DNA of 64,000 bases from a virus (taxonomy: Duplodnaviria > Caudoviricetes): the IMG/VR virus record IMGVR_UViG_2830247124_000001, positions 44,995 to 108,994 of that record; one strand, 5' to 3'. Numbering within the stretch: the stretch's first letter is position 1; the number at the start of each line of letters is the position of its first letter. A model generated the notes under the pieces. It searched no databases and was not told where the DNA came from. It saw nothing but the letters and a program-made list of their open reading frames with translations. Positions 46,529-55,299 of this stretch are shown piece by piece. The position numbers and the translations under genes are program-made.

Positions 46529-47116
46529 ATGATCGGATCTTGGGAAACTTTAACGCTTGTTGTCGGCGCTCTTGTGGGCGTCGGTAAATTGCTTTGGGAC
46601 GTTTTGAAGAGGTTTATCAACTGGAGAGGACACACCCTCTCAGAAAAAAACTCCCGGCGAGTAGAAGAGCAGCGGATACAATCAGAAGAAGACCGGCTGA
46701 TATACAAGGACCTCCGAGACCGCGTCAACCGCCAAGACAAAGAGATCCGGAAGATCCGTGATGACCTCCACGAGTGGAAGGACCAGTATTACGAACTGCA
46801 CACCACAAGCCAAGAAATGAAAGTGCAGAATAAGATTCTCAGCAAGTCGAATAGGAAGCTCCAGAGAGCGCTCAACGTGCTCCGGAACTACCTGCAAAAG
46901 ATCACGACACGCCTTTCAGATTACGAGGACATCCCTGCCCCGCCCCAGGTTGCGCAGGATACGTTCGCCATGGGGATCGACGAGGAGATTTTAGACGACA
47001 TTGCGAACCCAAATATCGACACGTCAAGTGTTCTCGGAGAAGAGGACATCCCCAACGAGGATGACTTTGGGTACAACGAACCACCCTCCACGAGCGAGAA
47101 CGGAACCTCAGAATAA
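46529..47116 (+). CDS. Single-TM coiled-coil membrane protein (holin/spanin-like candidate)
   Basis: N-terminal TM LTLVVGALVGVGKLLW followed by a coiled coil. Confidence 0.55.
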   Translation: MIGSWETLTLVVGALVGVGKLLWDVLKRFINWRGHTLSEKNSRRVEEQRIQSEEDRLIYKDLRDRVNRQDKEIRKIRDDLHEWKDQYYELHTTSQEMKVQNKILSKSNRKLQRALNVLRNYLQKITTRLSDYEDIPAPPQVAQDTFAMGIDEEILDDIANPNIDTSSVLGEEDIPNEDDFGYNEPPSTSENGTSE

Positions 47117-47125
47117 CCCCCTCCA

Positions 47126-47833
47126 ATGACCAAGATCATCAAGGCGCTCAACATTCTTCGCGGATCGCTGAGGTGGGTAGTCCTCGGTAGCGTCCTGGCC
47201 CTCCTGGCTTACGGCGCGTTCACGTTTCTTCCGGAAACCGGATCCGCCCCTACGAAAGTCTCCAGCAGCGGGGATTCGATGTACGTGGCCCCCTCTCCCC
47301 TCTCATTTCTTGAAAACGGGCAGGTCCTCACCACCGACAAAGACGGAAACACCCAGTCCCACGGGGACACCCCGGAGGACAAAGAGCCCGGAGGCACCCT
47401 GCGCATCGGGCCCGAGAGCGACAGCACCGGCCCCGCAGTACACGCGAACAAGCAGTTCGTTGAGCTTGCAATCGAGAGGGACCGCAACTCCTGGTTCCCT
47501 GACTTGAAGAGCAGTTCTCGCCCGGTGCGAACGCTCAACCAATCGAACCAGAAGGTAGTCTACACCCCGCCATCGAAAGGATTCATTGAATGGGACTTGA
47601 GACCGTCACTCGGATTTGGAGTTGTGTCGATGCACCCGTCCGTCGTCGCCGGGGCCTCCCCGCTGCGCGTCGGGCCTGTTAGACTGGGCCCATACGTGTC
47701 CGTCCCCACGAGAAAGGACGGCAAGGCTGCCGTCATGCTGGACCTCAGCACTCGTTTTTTTGACCACTTAGAGACCGGCATCGGCGTGACACACCGACAA
47801 AATCTTGCGTTCAGCGTAAGGTACCGGTTCTAA
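47126..47833 (+). CDS. Membrane protein with N-terminal TM and C-terminal amphipathic beta strands (spanin-like candidate)
   Basis: TM WVVLGSVLALLAYGAFTFL; ends LAFSVRYRF. Confidence 0.55.
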   Translation: MTKIIKALNILRGSLRWVVLGSVLALLAYGAFTFLPETGSAPTKVSSSGDSMYVAPSPLSFLENGQVLTTDKDGNTQSHGDTPEDKEPGGTLRIGPESDSTGPAVHANKQFVELAIERDRNSWFPDLKSSSRPVRTLNQSNQKVVYTPPSKGFIEWDLRPSLGFGVVSMHPSVVAGASPLRVGPVRLGPYVSVPTRKDGKAAVMLDLSTRFFDHLETGIGVTHRQNLAFSVRYRF

Positions 47834-47846
47834 CAACACATTCTAT

Positions 47847-49295
47847 ATGAAGGTTGACTCCCCTACATTTCGTAAAATCAAAGACCTGTATGGGTACCCA
47901 ATCTACAAAGGACACGTAGGTCGCCGGGTGCTGATGCGGGAGTTCGACCTCTCTCGAACAGAAGCCGAAGAGGTGCTGGAGGCCATCCGCGAGCCGTCCG
48001 TGGACCCGGAGGCCGTCGTGGTCATCGACTCCATCGACGAGGTCGAGTATGACGCGGAGAAGGGGCGCTACGTTTTCCACGGAGAGGACCCGTTCGGAGA
48101 ACCCACCTCCGTCACGAAACCGGAGGAGGACGTCCAGTCGATGAAGAAGGACTACACGATGAGGGGCTATACTCAGAAGGAGACGGCCATCAACAACGGG
48201 CTGGATCCAGTCATCTTCACCGAGATCCGGAAGGCCATGGACTGGACGCACGACTCGGTCCCGGCCACCGAGGAGGAGCTTAAAGACCAGAGCGCAGAGG
48301 AGGCCGCCGAGCGTTTGGCCCTGGAGCAGAAGAAGTCCGAGACGCGCAAAGAGATTGAGAAGGTCAAGAACCGGGAGATCCGGAAAGACGCTGAGAACTG
48401 GAGGAAGTTCGATCAGGTCGTTCTCAAAAAATTATGTGAGAAGATCCCCTCCGACGCTGTTGCCCCCCAGGCAAAGCGGATTTACAGCCCCGACCAGGAC
48501 AAGGACCTGAAGGCGGCGGTTGTCCCGAGCTTCGACATTCACTACGGGAAGCAGGGGATCCTGAACATACACGACGACCTGGACCCCTTCGGGCGCAAAG
48601 ATGCCGAGCAGCGCTTGATTGAAAGCACCGAGCGCCTGATCGAGGACCTGACCCGGTTCAACACAGAGAAGATATATCTGGCCTTCGGGTCGGACTTTTT
48701 CCACGTAGACAATCACGGCGGCACCACCACGGGCCGTTCGGTCAACGAGGGCACGGTGCAGGACATGGACGGCACGCCCGAGCAGATATTCACCGACGGC
48801 TGTGATCTGATGAGGGTACACGTCGATATGCTGCGCCAGATCGCTCCCATCGACGGGTTCGTGGTTCCCGGAAATCACGACAGGATGCTCTCGATTGCCT
48901 TGATGAAGTACATGGAGGGGGTCTTCGAAAACGCCACTGACATTCAAATCGACGGAGACGTCCGGAGCCGGAAGTACCGATCCTACGGGGAAACCCTGAT
49001 GGGCTTCGATCACGGCGACGGTCTCCGAAGCGGAGACATCAAGTCCGTGCTCCTAGACGAGGCCAGAGACATGATGGCGGGCACCAGCGAGACGGTGTTC
49101 TTCACCGGCCACAAGCACCACGAAGTGAAGGAGGACCTGGGAGGGGTCACGACTTATCAGGTCGGTAGCCCCTCGGGGGACGACCGGTACCACGACATCA
49201 ACGCATACGTCGCAGCACGCGAGCAGTCAACCGCTTTCCTCTTAGACAAGGAGCGAGGAATGCACGCTCACCTCAATTACCCGTCGGCCATTTGA
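47847..49295 (+). CDS. Calcineurin-like metallophosphoesterase
   Basis: DIHYG, GSDFFH, GNHD, HGD and GHKHH motifs in the canonical order. Confidence 0.85.
   Translation: MKVDSPTFRKIKDLYGYPIYKGHVGRRVLMREFDLSRTEAEEVLEAIREPSVDPEAVVVIDSIDEVEYDAEKGRYVFHGEDPFGEPTSVTKPEEDVQSMKKDYTMRGYTQKETAINNGLDPVIFTEIRKAMDWTHDSVPATEEELKDQSAEEAAERLALEQKKSETRKEIEKVKNREIRKDAENWRKFDQVVLKKLCEKIPSDAVAPQAKRIYSPDQDKDLKAAVVPSFDIHYGKQGILNIHDDLDPFGRKDAEQRLIESTERLIEDLTRFNTEKIYLAFGSDFFHVDNHGGTTTGRSVNEGTVQDMDGTPEQIFTDGCDLMRVHVDMLRQIAPIDGFVVPGNHDRMLSIALMKYMEGVFENATDIQIDGDVRSRKYRSYGETLMGFDHGDGLRSGDIKSVLLDEARDMMAGTSETVFFTGHKHHEVKEDLGGVTTYQVGSPSGDDRYHDINAYVAAREQSTAFLLDKERGMHAHLNYPSAI
48424..48439. promoter_or_regulatory. 16-bp palindromic motif, copy 7, intragenic (TCAAAAAATTATGTGA)
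   Basis: Embedded in the CDS with codons AAA AAA TTA TGT. Confidence 0.6.
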
Positions 49296-49318
49296 GTCGG
49301 CACCAACCCACACCAACA

Positions 49319-49945
49319 ATGAAAGCACAGAATCCACTCATGCGGCTTTCCCAGGACTCCGGGGAAGTGCGCGATACCGCGTCCCCAGAGCAGGTCGATA
49401 AGATGGCAGACGAGAATCAGGCCCGGAAGTCCCCGGAGCGCCAGCCTGCCCCACGCCAGCAGCAGCCCAAACGGTCCGGGCCCTCTTCCGAGTCAGGCGA
49501 CGCGATGCCGAGCAAGGGAGAGATGAAGCGCCTGATGCAGGAGTTTCCCACGCCACAGACGGCTCTTCTTGCGGCCAGTTGGGGAGAGAACGCGACCAAG
49601 AACTGGATGGAAAGCGGCGCGGACCCCAGTAAGATTCCGGAGAAGGACAAGCAGTTCGTTTCCGAGATGCTTCCGAAGATGAAGCGGGGATCAGACGCGC
49701 CCGTCGAAAGCAGGCGCGTTGTCCAGGGAGCCGATGGTGGCCCCTCCGCTCAGGAGGCTAAGATGGCCCGCATAAAGGCGCGGGAGGAGATGATGGCCGG
49801 TGCCGTGTCTCAAGGGGCGAAGGACCGCTCCGCTGCGCGTGAAGCTGCACGCGGGCAGTTGCGACAAATGCGCGGAGAGCAGGCCCGCCAGCAGACCCAG
49901 ACGCCTGAAGTGAGGCGCAGTGCCCCAGATCAGGGCCGCGCTTAA
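49319..49945 (+). CDS. Hypothetical protein (Q/R/A-rich)
   Basis: In-frame ATG at 49319 preferred over the TTG at 49292. Confidence 0.65.
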   Translation: MKAQNPLMRLSQDSGEVRDTASPEQVDKMADENQARKSPERQPAPRQQQPKRSGPSSESGDAMPSKGEMKRLMQEFPTPQTALLAASWGENATKNWMESGADPSKIPEKDKQFVSEMLPKMKRGSDAPVESRRVVQGADGGPSAQEAKMARIKAREEMMAGAVSQGAKDRSAAREAARGQLRQMRGEQARQQTQTPEVRRSAPDQGRA

Positions 49946-49994
49946 AGCCCTTCTCGTTTCGATACTGCTCACTACCTCTATAACCCAGACCCCC

Positions 49995-50747
49995 ATGCCA
50001 AAACCTAACGTCGGAAAGTTTCTTATGAGCGACAACCCGCTCATGGCCCTCACTGCAAACGACTCTTCCGCCCCCAGCGACAGCACCGAAAGCGGTGGTG
50101 GAGGGTCTTCTCGCCCCGCCGCGTCGCGCAGGAGCGACACCTCACCTCCCGCCCAGAGATACACTGGCAGTTCCAACAGCCGTGGTGCCGGGAGTCGCAG
50201 TGCTGAAAGCGACACCGCTCCCGTGGGGCCGCGCAAAGAGACGCCGGTGAGCGTGGGGGAGTTCATGATGTCGGACAATCCCCTGAAGACGATCAAGAGA
50301 AACGCCAGAAAGGCCGGAACAGACGTGCCGGATAGCCTCGTCGATGCTCTGATCCAGCAGGAGTCTGGTGGGGACCCGGACGCTGTGTCTTCGGCAGGGG
50401 CCGTTGGGCTTGCCCAGTCGATGCCGAAAACAGCCAAAGACCCCGGATACGGAGTTGAGCCTCTCGATGACCCACGCGACCCGGAGCAGGCCCGCCGGTT
50501 TGCGGAGGACTACCTCGGAGCAATGCTCGACGAGTTCGAGGACCCAGGCCACGCGCTCATGGCGTACAACTGGGGGCCCGGAAACGTAAAGCGCTGGAAG
50601 TCCAATGGCGGGGACCCCAGCAAAGTCCCGGACGAGACCAGAGACTACGTCAAGTCCTTGGGGCCTGCCGCCGCACGGTCCACCGGCCAGGAGATCAACA
50701 CGCCGTTTTACTCTTCTGGTGGAGGCACGGTCGCAACTGCACGCTAA
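49995..50747 (+). CDS. Lytic transglycosylase (SLT domain)
   Basis: IQQESGG, AGAVGLAQSMP, ALMAYNWGPGNV and ETRDYV motifs; ATG at 49995 likely. Confidence 0.9.
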   Translation: MPKPNVGKFLMSDNPLMALTANDSSAPSDSTESGGGGSSRPAASRRSDTSPPAQRYTGSSNSRGAGSRSAESDTAPVGPRKETPVSVGEFMMSDNPLKTIKRNARKAGTDVPDSLVDALIQQESGGDPDAVSSAGAVGLAQSMPKTAKDPGYGVEPLDDPRDPEQARRFAEDYLGAMLDEFEDPGHALMAYNWGPGNVKRWKSNGGDPSKVPDETRDYVKSLGPAAARSTGQEINTPFYSSGGGTVATAR

Positions 50748-50758
50748 ACGGCCACAGG

Positions 50759-51043
50759 CTAAACGACCGTTGTCGGCTCGGAGGGGTTGGGAAGACTACT
50801 GCCTGGAACCTCCGGGCCTTCAATCGAGGAGTATTCTTTGTCGGAGCAGTCGATGAACCACTCGGCCACCCAGACGTCTACCCGCCCGTCGCAAACGATC
50901 TCTACGTGGACGGCCTTCTGGGGAAACCAGACCTTCCCGTCATCTCCAGGAAACGATATGCCCTTCTCTGTCTGGTACCCCACCTCTGAGGTGTGGAAGT
51001 ACAGGCCGCCGTTCAGCGCGTCTTTGTTGAGCAAGTGAGTCAT
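50759..51043 (-). CDS. Hypothetical protein
   Basis: Overlaps the stop of the upstream minus-strand gene by 4 nt; last gene of the minus arm. Confidence 0.65.
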   Translation of the reverse strand: MTHLLNKDALNGGLYFHTSEVGYQTEKGISFPGDDGKVWFPQKAVHVEIVCDGRVDVWVAEWFIDCSDKEYSSIEGPEVPGSSLPNPSEPTTVV

Positions 51044-51327
51044 TCGGAGCGTTGGTTTTTTTGGCGGTCAGCGCAAGACATGACAACCTGTCTGTAGATC
51101 CGTCGGGCGGCCTTTGGGTTGACCCCCCTCTCTTCAGCCACCGACGCGACGTGGTCGAGGACGTCGTCTTCCCGTTCAAAGTCACGGACGTCCTCTCCCT
51201 CGTATTCTTTCATCAGGTTGATCGAGTCGGCCAGTTTGTATCGCTCGGCAATCAAGGCCATGATGACCTGATCGATCTTGTCTATGGTGTCTCTGCTCTC
51301 TTGGATCTCTTCTTGGATGTCATTCAT
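51040..51327 (-). CDS. Chorismate mutase, AroQ class
   Basis: R..IDKID..I..LIAER...A......K......RDFERE..VL matches the AroQ (CM_2) signature. Confidence 0.85.
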   Translation of the reverse strand: MNDIQEEIQESRDTIDKIDQVIMALIAERYKLADSINLMKEYEGEDVRDFEREDDVLDHVASVAEERGVNPKAARRIYRQVVMSCADRQKNQRSE

Positions 51328-51715
51328 CGGGGTCGGGGTCTATGAGGTGAGATAAATCTTCCTTCTGGTACGCCTCTGGCTTTCCGACGTAGTAGGTCTC
51401 TCCTTCAATAGTGACGTAGCAGTACAGGCCGGAAGCTAGGCGGGACATCGATATTTCCTCTTCGCCGGTGTAGCTCTCGATTTTCTCGACGCCCTCTTTC
51501 TTCGTTTCCGTTCCGTGGAGGGGACCGTCTTCAGAGGCGACCACCCAGTTCATGTCCAGCCAGTCGTTGTTCTCTATGCCAATTGAGTCGGCCACCTCTT
51601 GCTCGGACTTATCGAACCACTCTTTCTGATCGACGTCGCACCCGAGGCAAAATCCTTTGATGTGAAGGTAGTACGACCCGCACTCCGGGCACCACTTCGT
51701 TTCGGATTGGTCCAT
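51320..51715 (-). CDS. Hypothetical protein with Zn-ribbon-like motif
   Basis: CPECG and CLGC motifs. Confidence 0.65.
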   Translation of the reverse strand: MDQSETKWCPECGSYYLHIKGFCLGCDVDQKEWFDKSEQEVADSIGIENNDWLDMNWVVASEDGPLHGTETKKEGVEKIESYTGEEEISMSRLASGLYCYVTIEGETYYVGKPEAYQKEDLSHLIDPDPDE

Positions 51716-51739
51716 GGAAGTACCTGTCTGTGAGAAGAC

Positions 51740-52006
51740 TTACCGCTCGGGCCAGTCGTCAATAGGGGTTAGGCTCCCGCCACGGTGAACCGTCTTTACG
51801 CCACTCAATCCCCAAGAGCCGTCGGAGTATTCGTAGTTGCTGATCTTGTAGGCGGGCTTTTCGGTGGTCCCCTCCATATCCATTCCTTCTCCGTCGTGGC
51901 CGCTGGAAGAGACAGTTCCGCTGGTCTGTACCTTCGAGATGCGCCCGTAGGTGTCTCCGGACCACCGGACCTTTGTGCCTTTGTTGAGATCGCTTTTGGA
52001 AGCCAT
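51740..52006 (-). CDS. DUF2945/HVA1 Tudor-like protein
   Basis: KGTKVRW, GRI, PAYKI and VHRGGSL pattern. Confidence 0.65.
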   Translation of the reverse strand: MASKSDLNKGTKVRWSGDTYGRISKVQTSGTVSSSGHDGEGMDMEGTTEKPAYKISNYEYSDGSWGLSGVKTVHRGGSLTPIDDWPER

Positions 52007-52046
52007 AGTTAGAATTTGGTTTTGTAGTGAGAGAAGATTTTCAAGT

Positions 52047-53024
52047 CTACGCTTTCTCCTCGATCAGAGAGACGATCTCCTTCCGCTCTTCGGGGTTCTC
52101 TCGGAGCCACTCCTTCGTGTTGCCTGCCCCCTGGGCAATGGTGTCTCCGTCTCGCTTGTACCAGGACCCGGCCTTGTCGATGATACCGTGCTCCGTGGCA
52201 AGATCGATGATCTCGCTGAGGCGGGATATTCCCTCCCCGTAGATCAGTTCAAACTCGGCCTTCTTAAACGGGGCGGCCACCTTGTTTTTCTTGACGCGCA
52301 CACGGGTCTCGTTTCCGATGATGTCCCCGTCGCTGTCCTTGACCGCACCGATCCGCCGGATGTCCAGTCGCACCGAGGCGTAGAACCGCAGGGCCTTTCC
52401 CCCAGAGGTGGTCTCCGGATTGCCAAACATCTGGCCGACCTTCATCCGGATCTGGTTGATGAAGATGAACGCAGTCTTCGTGCGGTTCATCGTGCCGGTG
52501 AGCTTCCGCAGCGCTTGGCTCATGAGGCGGGCCTGGAGCCCGATGTGCGAATCACCCATGTCACCCTCAAGCTCTGCCTGCGGCACGAGAGAGGACACAG
52601 AATCGACAACGATAACGTCGAACGCGCCGCCCCGGACCAAGGCGTCGGCAATTCCGAGGGCCCGCTCTCCGTTCTGTGGTTGGGAGATGTAGCAGTTCTC
52701 CACGTCCACCCCAATGGACTTGGCGTACTCGGTGTCGAAGGCGTGCTCTGCGTCGATGAACGCGCAGGTGCCTCCTTCCTTCTGGGCCTCTGCAATGACG
52801 TGGGTGGCCAGGGTCGTCTTGCCCGAGGACTCCGGGCCGAAGATTTCGGTGATGCGCCCACGGGGAAGTCCGCCCACGCCGAGGGCCTCGTCCAGCTTCA
52901 AGGATCCGGTGGAGATCGTGTCAGGGTCGTCCCCCTCGTCGTCCAGTCGCATCAGGGACTCTTCCCCAAACTCGCGTTCGACGGCGTCGAGGGTCTCTTG
53001 TAGGGCTTCTTCAGTATCGGACAT
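52047..53024 (-). CDS. recA: Recombinase RecA
   Basis: [45 protein letters not shown] and [10 protein letters not shown] motifs. Confidence 0.98.
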   Translation of the reverse strand: MSDTEEALQETLDAVEREFGEESLMRLDDEGDDPDTISTGSLKLDEALGVGGLPRGRITEIFGPESSGKTTLATHVIAEAQKEGGTCAFIDAEHAFDTEYAKSIGVDVENCYISQPQNGERALGIADALVRGGAFDVIVVDSVSSLVPQAELEGDMGDSHIGLQARLMSQALRKLTGTMNRTKTAFIFINQIRMKVGQMFGNPETTSGGKALRFYASVRLDIRRIGAVKDSDGDIIGNETRVRVKKNKVAAPFKKAEFELIYGEGISRLSEIIDLATEHGIIDKAGSWYKRDGDTIAQGAGNTKEWLRENPEERKEIVSLIEEKA

Positions 53025-53044
53025 ATAGTATTTCTGGTTGGGGG

Positions 53045-53254
53045 TTAGGAGTGTGCATCGAGCGAAATAAGGTCACCGGCCTCGAACTGAAAGTGTTGGA
53101 CTTGGCCAAGTTGCTTCTCGTCGAGCTTCACCTCGAAGGGCCTGTCCATGTCGTCATCAAAGACCTTGGTGATTGTCCCCTTCAGGCCGTGCCATTGAGA
53201 AGTAGTTGTTTTTCGGGGCTTGATTTCCACGCGCTCTCCGACCGACAGAGCCAT
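53045..53254 (-). CDS. Small SH3/KOW-like hypothetical protein
   Basis: VGERVEI...HGLKGTI...FEVKLD pattern. Confidence 0.6.
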   Translation of the reverse strand: MALSVGERVEIKPRKTTTSQWHGLKGTITKVFDDDMDRPFEVKLDEKQLGQVQHFQFEAGDLISLDAHS

Positions 53255-53285
53255 ATTCAGAAGGGTGTATTATGAAGGGAAATGA

Positions 53286-53513
53286 TTACAGAGACGGAGG
53301 ACTCGGATCGACAGACTGCCAATCCTTGTCTGGGCTGTAGGCGTGGTAGCCCTTGAACATCAGGCCACCGTTGTGCATCTCGATGTCGGTGACCACACCG
53401 AGTTTGTGGTGGTTGCACATCGCCCGCTGTCCGGGGAGGGGCGTGTACCGCCCCTCGTTTACCCGGCCAAATAGACGCTGCTTGAAGCTATCTTCGGAAC
53501 TGGTGGACGCCAT
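53286..53513 (-). CDS. Hypothetical protein
   Basis: 75-aa ORF in the gene tiling. Confidence 0.6.
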   Translation of the reverse strand: MASTSSEDSFKQRLFGRVNEGRYTPLPGQRAMCNHHKLGVVTDIEMHNGGLMFKGYHAYSPDKDWQSVDPSPPSL

Positions 53514-53516
53514 GTC

Positions 53517-53532
53517 TCAAAGAATTATTTGA
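53517..53532. promoter_or_regulatory. 16-bp palindromic motif, copy 8 (TCAAAGAATTATTTGA)
   Basis: One mismatch; 3 nt upstream of a minus-strand ATG. Confidence 0.7.
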
Positions 53533-53561
53533 AAGAGAGCGTCTACGTAGAGTCGTTGGCC

Positions 53562-54011
53562 TTACACGTCCGTCGCGTCGGAGAACTGATCGACGGACTT
53601 CCTGATGTACTCGTAGACCAGTTCACGGCTGAGTCGCAGGTCCGAGTCAACTGACCAGGAAGAGTTTTCCCCAGGGGCAGGATCTCCAGCCGGGACGTTC
53701 TCTTCTGCCTTCCACACGCGCTTTCCGTAGCGGACGAGCACACCTGTCGCATACTCCGTGGAGTTGTCCCATTCCGGAATCTGGGTCAAGTCCGGTACGT
53801 CGAAGAACCGCTCGAAAAGCTCCCCCCGAATGGTGAACCGTTTCTGATCCATCACCCCTCTTTGCGGGTTGTCTTCGCGGGCCTGCTTGTCCTTGTATCC
53901 CTTGAGGTGGACCTGGGCACGCCCGTTTTCCCAGTCGATGTCCACTTCTACGAGACGCCAGTACGTCGCGTCGTATCCGGAGGATTGCGTGATTGCTTTT
54001 GAAAGAGCCAT
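53562..54011 (-). CDS. Hypothetical protein with inserted CBM5/12-like module
   Basis: IPEWDNSTEYATGVLVRYGKRVWKA...PGENSSW. Confidence 0.7.
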   Translation of the reverse strand: MALSKAITQSSGYDATYWRLVEVDIDWENGRAQVHLKGYKDKQAREDNPQRGVMDQKRFTIRGELFERFFDVPDLTQIPEWDNSTEYATGVLVRYGKRVWKAEENVPAGDPAPGENSSWSVDSDLRLSRELVYEYIRKSVDQFSDATDV

Positions 54012-54059
54012 TTTGTTGGGGTAAAATTGAGGTTAGAAAATAATATCGAACTATGTCAG

Positions 54060-54596
54060 TGGAGATGGCGGGAGTTGAACCCGCGTCCACCTTGCATTGC
54101 ATCATCCGTGATACGACCATTCCACCACTCTCAATTTCGCCCGTCTGCGGCAGATGGCAGCCGCTATCGTAGGGACGTAGGCTACGTTCCTCTTCCGTTT
54201 CACGTCGAGGCTCGATGACATAGCCGCCATAGGGTTTGCCGATTGAGTGTCACCACGGCACCCATCTCATTGTCACTTTCTCCCATCCCGGCGTGAGCCT
54301 ACTTAGGAGCGAGAGTGAAATGGTTATCTATCGGCGTCGAGGCCGTGATGGCTGTGCTTACGCACTAACGAGGGTGTCCTCCTCCTCGACCCGACCGACG
54401 TCCGCGTGAATGCGGTCCATCGCGTCGGAGAGAAGGTCACCGCCGAGCCCAGTCTGTCGGGCGTCTTCAGCAGTACCTTGGTTGTTGGCACCTAAAATTC
54501 CTCGATTGTTTTGTAGCTAAAGCTACCGGCCACTTCGAGGGAAAGGCCAGGTCGTGGGAATCAGCGCCGACAAAGCGTCGAAGCCGTGTCATCCCC
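54060..54596 (-). ncRNA. ssrA: tmRNA (one-piece, 537 nt, CCA not encoded)
   Basis: 5' GGGGATGACACGGCTTCGAC and 3' GGACGCGGGTTCAACTCCCGCCATCTCCA; acceptor stem GGGGATG/CATCTCC with G3-U and discriminator A; P2 pairing ACGACC/GGTCGT; tag frame present. Confidence 0.93.
54358..54489 (-). other. tmRNA tag reading frame (43 codons)
   Basis: Resume context TTTTAGGT-GCC-AAC-AAC; encodes ANNQGTAEDARQTGLGGDLLSDAMDRIHADVGRVEEEDTLVSA*. Confidence 0.75.
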
Positions 54597-54712
54597 ATGT
54601 TCATTTTCTGTCGGAGACCTAACTTTCGGTTTTCCTTCGTGAGGTTTGCCTCCGTGTCTTCGTGTGTATTGGTACCCGTTTATTTGGAACTTGTTTCAAG
54701 AATTCAATTCTG

Positions 54713-55273
54713 TCATATCAGAAATAGTGAAAGCAGTGTTAAGCCAACCGGAACATGCCAAAGCAAGCCGTGGCGAGTCCCGTGCTCGTACCGGTCCTCG
54801 TTCCATGGGAAGCTGAACTGCCCCCAGAGCCCAAAGCTCATGAGCGCAACCGGCACGTAAGCCGACAGACCAGACGTGTATGAGACGACAACCAGAATGG
54901 CCACGCCCCACCCAGCAAGGTGCTTGAAGCTGTCTGTCTGGTGGAGGTAGTTGTAGTAGAAGAGCCAGACGTTTGCGGCCACCAGAGGGAGAGAGATGTA
55001 AGCCGTAGCCGAAACGCCAACCGCGCTGTAAAGCAGAACGAGGAAAATCCCCGACACGACCATCATCATCCCAAGCTCGTCGAACCGCCGCCCAAGCACG
55101 TCTTCACGCTGGTGCCACGCCCAGGATCCTCCACAAAGAACAAGCGCCGGTCCAACGAGAAGAAGCCTCTCGCCGGTGCCCAGAGTCGGGGCAAAAAGAA
55201 AGAGAAGGAAAGCGAGGTTTGTCCACTCATCTGCGGTGGGCAAGCTGTAGTTTACGTCACCAAGTGTAGGCAT
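54713..55273 (-). CDS. Polytopic membrane protein, CREST/alkaline-ceramidase-like
   Basis: Multiple TM segments; SWAWH (SxxxH), FDELGM and HGLLWH motifs. Confidence 0.65.
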   Translation of the reverse strand: MPTLGDVNYSLPTADEWTNLAFLLFLFAPTLGTGERLLLVGPALVLCGGSWAWHQREDVLGRRFDELGMMMVVSGIFLVLLYSAVGVSATAYISLPLVAANVWLFYYNYLHQTDSFKHLAGWGVAILVVVSYTSGLSAYVPVALMSFGLWGQFSFPWNEDRYEHGTRHGLLWHVPVGLTLLSLFLI

Positions 55274-55299
55274 ATTTCAGTCGGGGTCTAAAAGTGAGA

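Noticed and set aside
54060-54090. Stand-alone tRNA or prophage attachment-site remnant
   Set aside because: The T-arm pairs with a matching tmRNA 5' end 537 nt away, phage genes continue on both sides, and no integrase is in the window.
54027-54218. 63-aa + strand ORF (WRWRELNPRP)
   Set aside because: This is the typical antisense shadow of a tmRNA 3' end.
54060-54596. Group I intron explaining the tmRNA length
   Set aside because: The T-loop is intact, no intron core is recognisable, and the long tag accounts for much of the excess.
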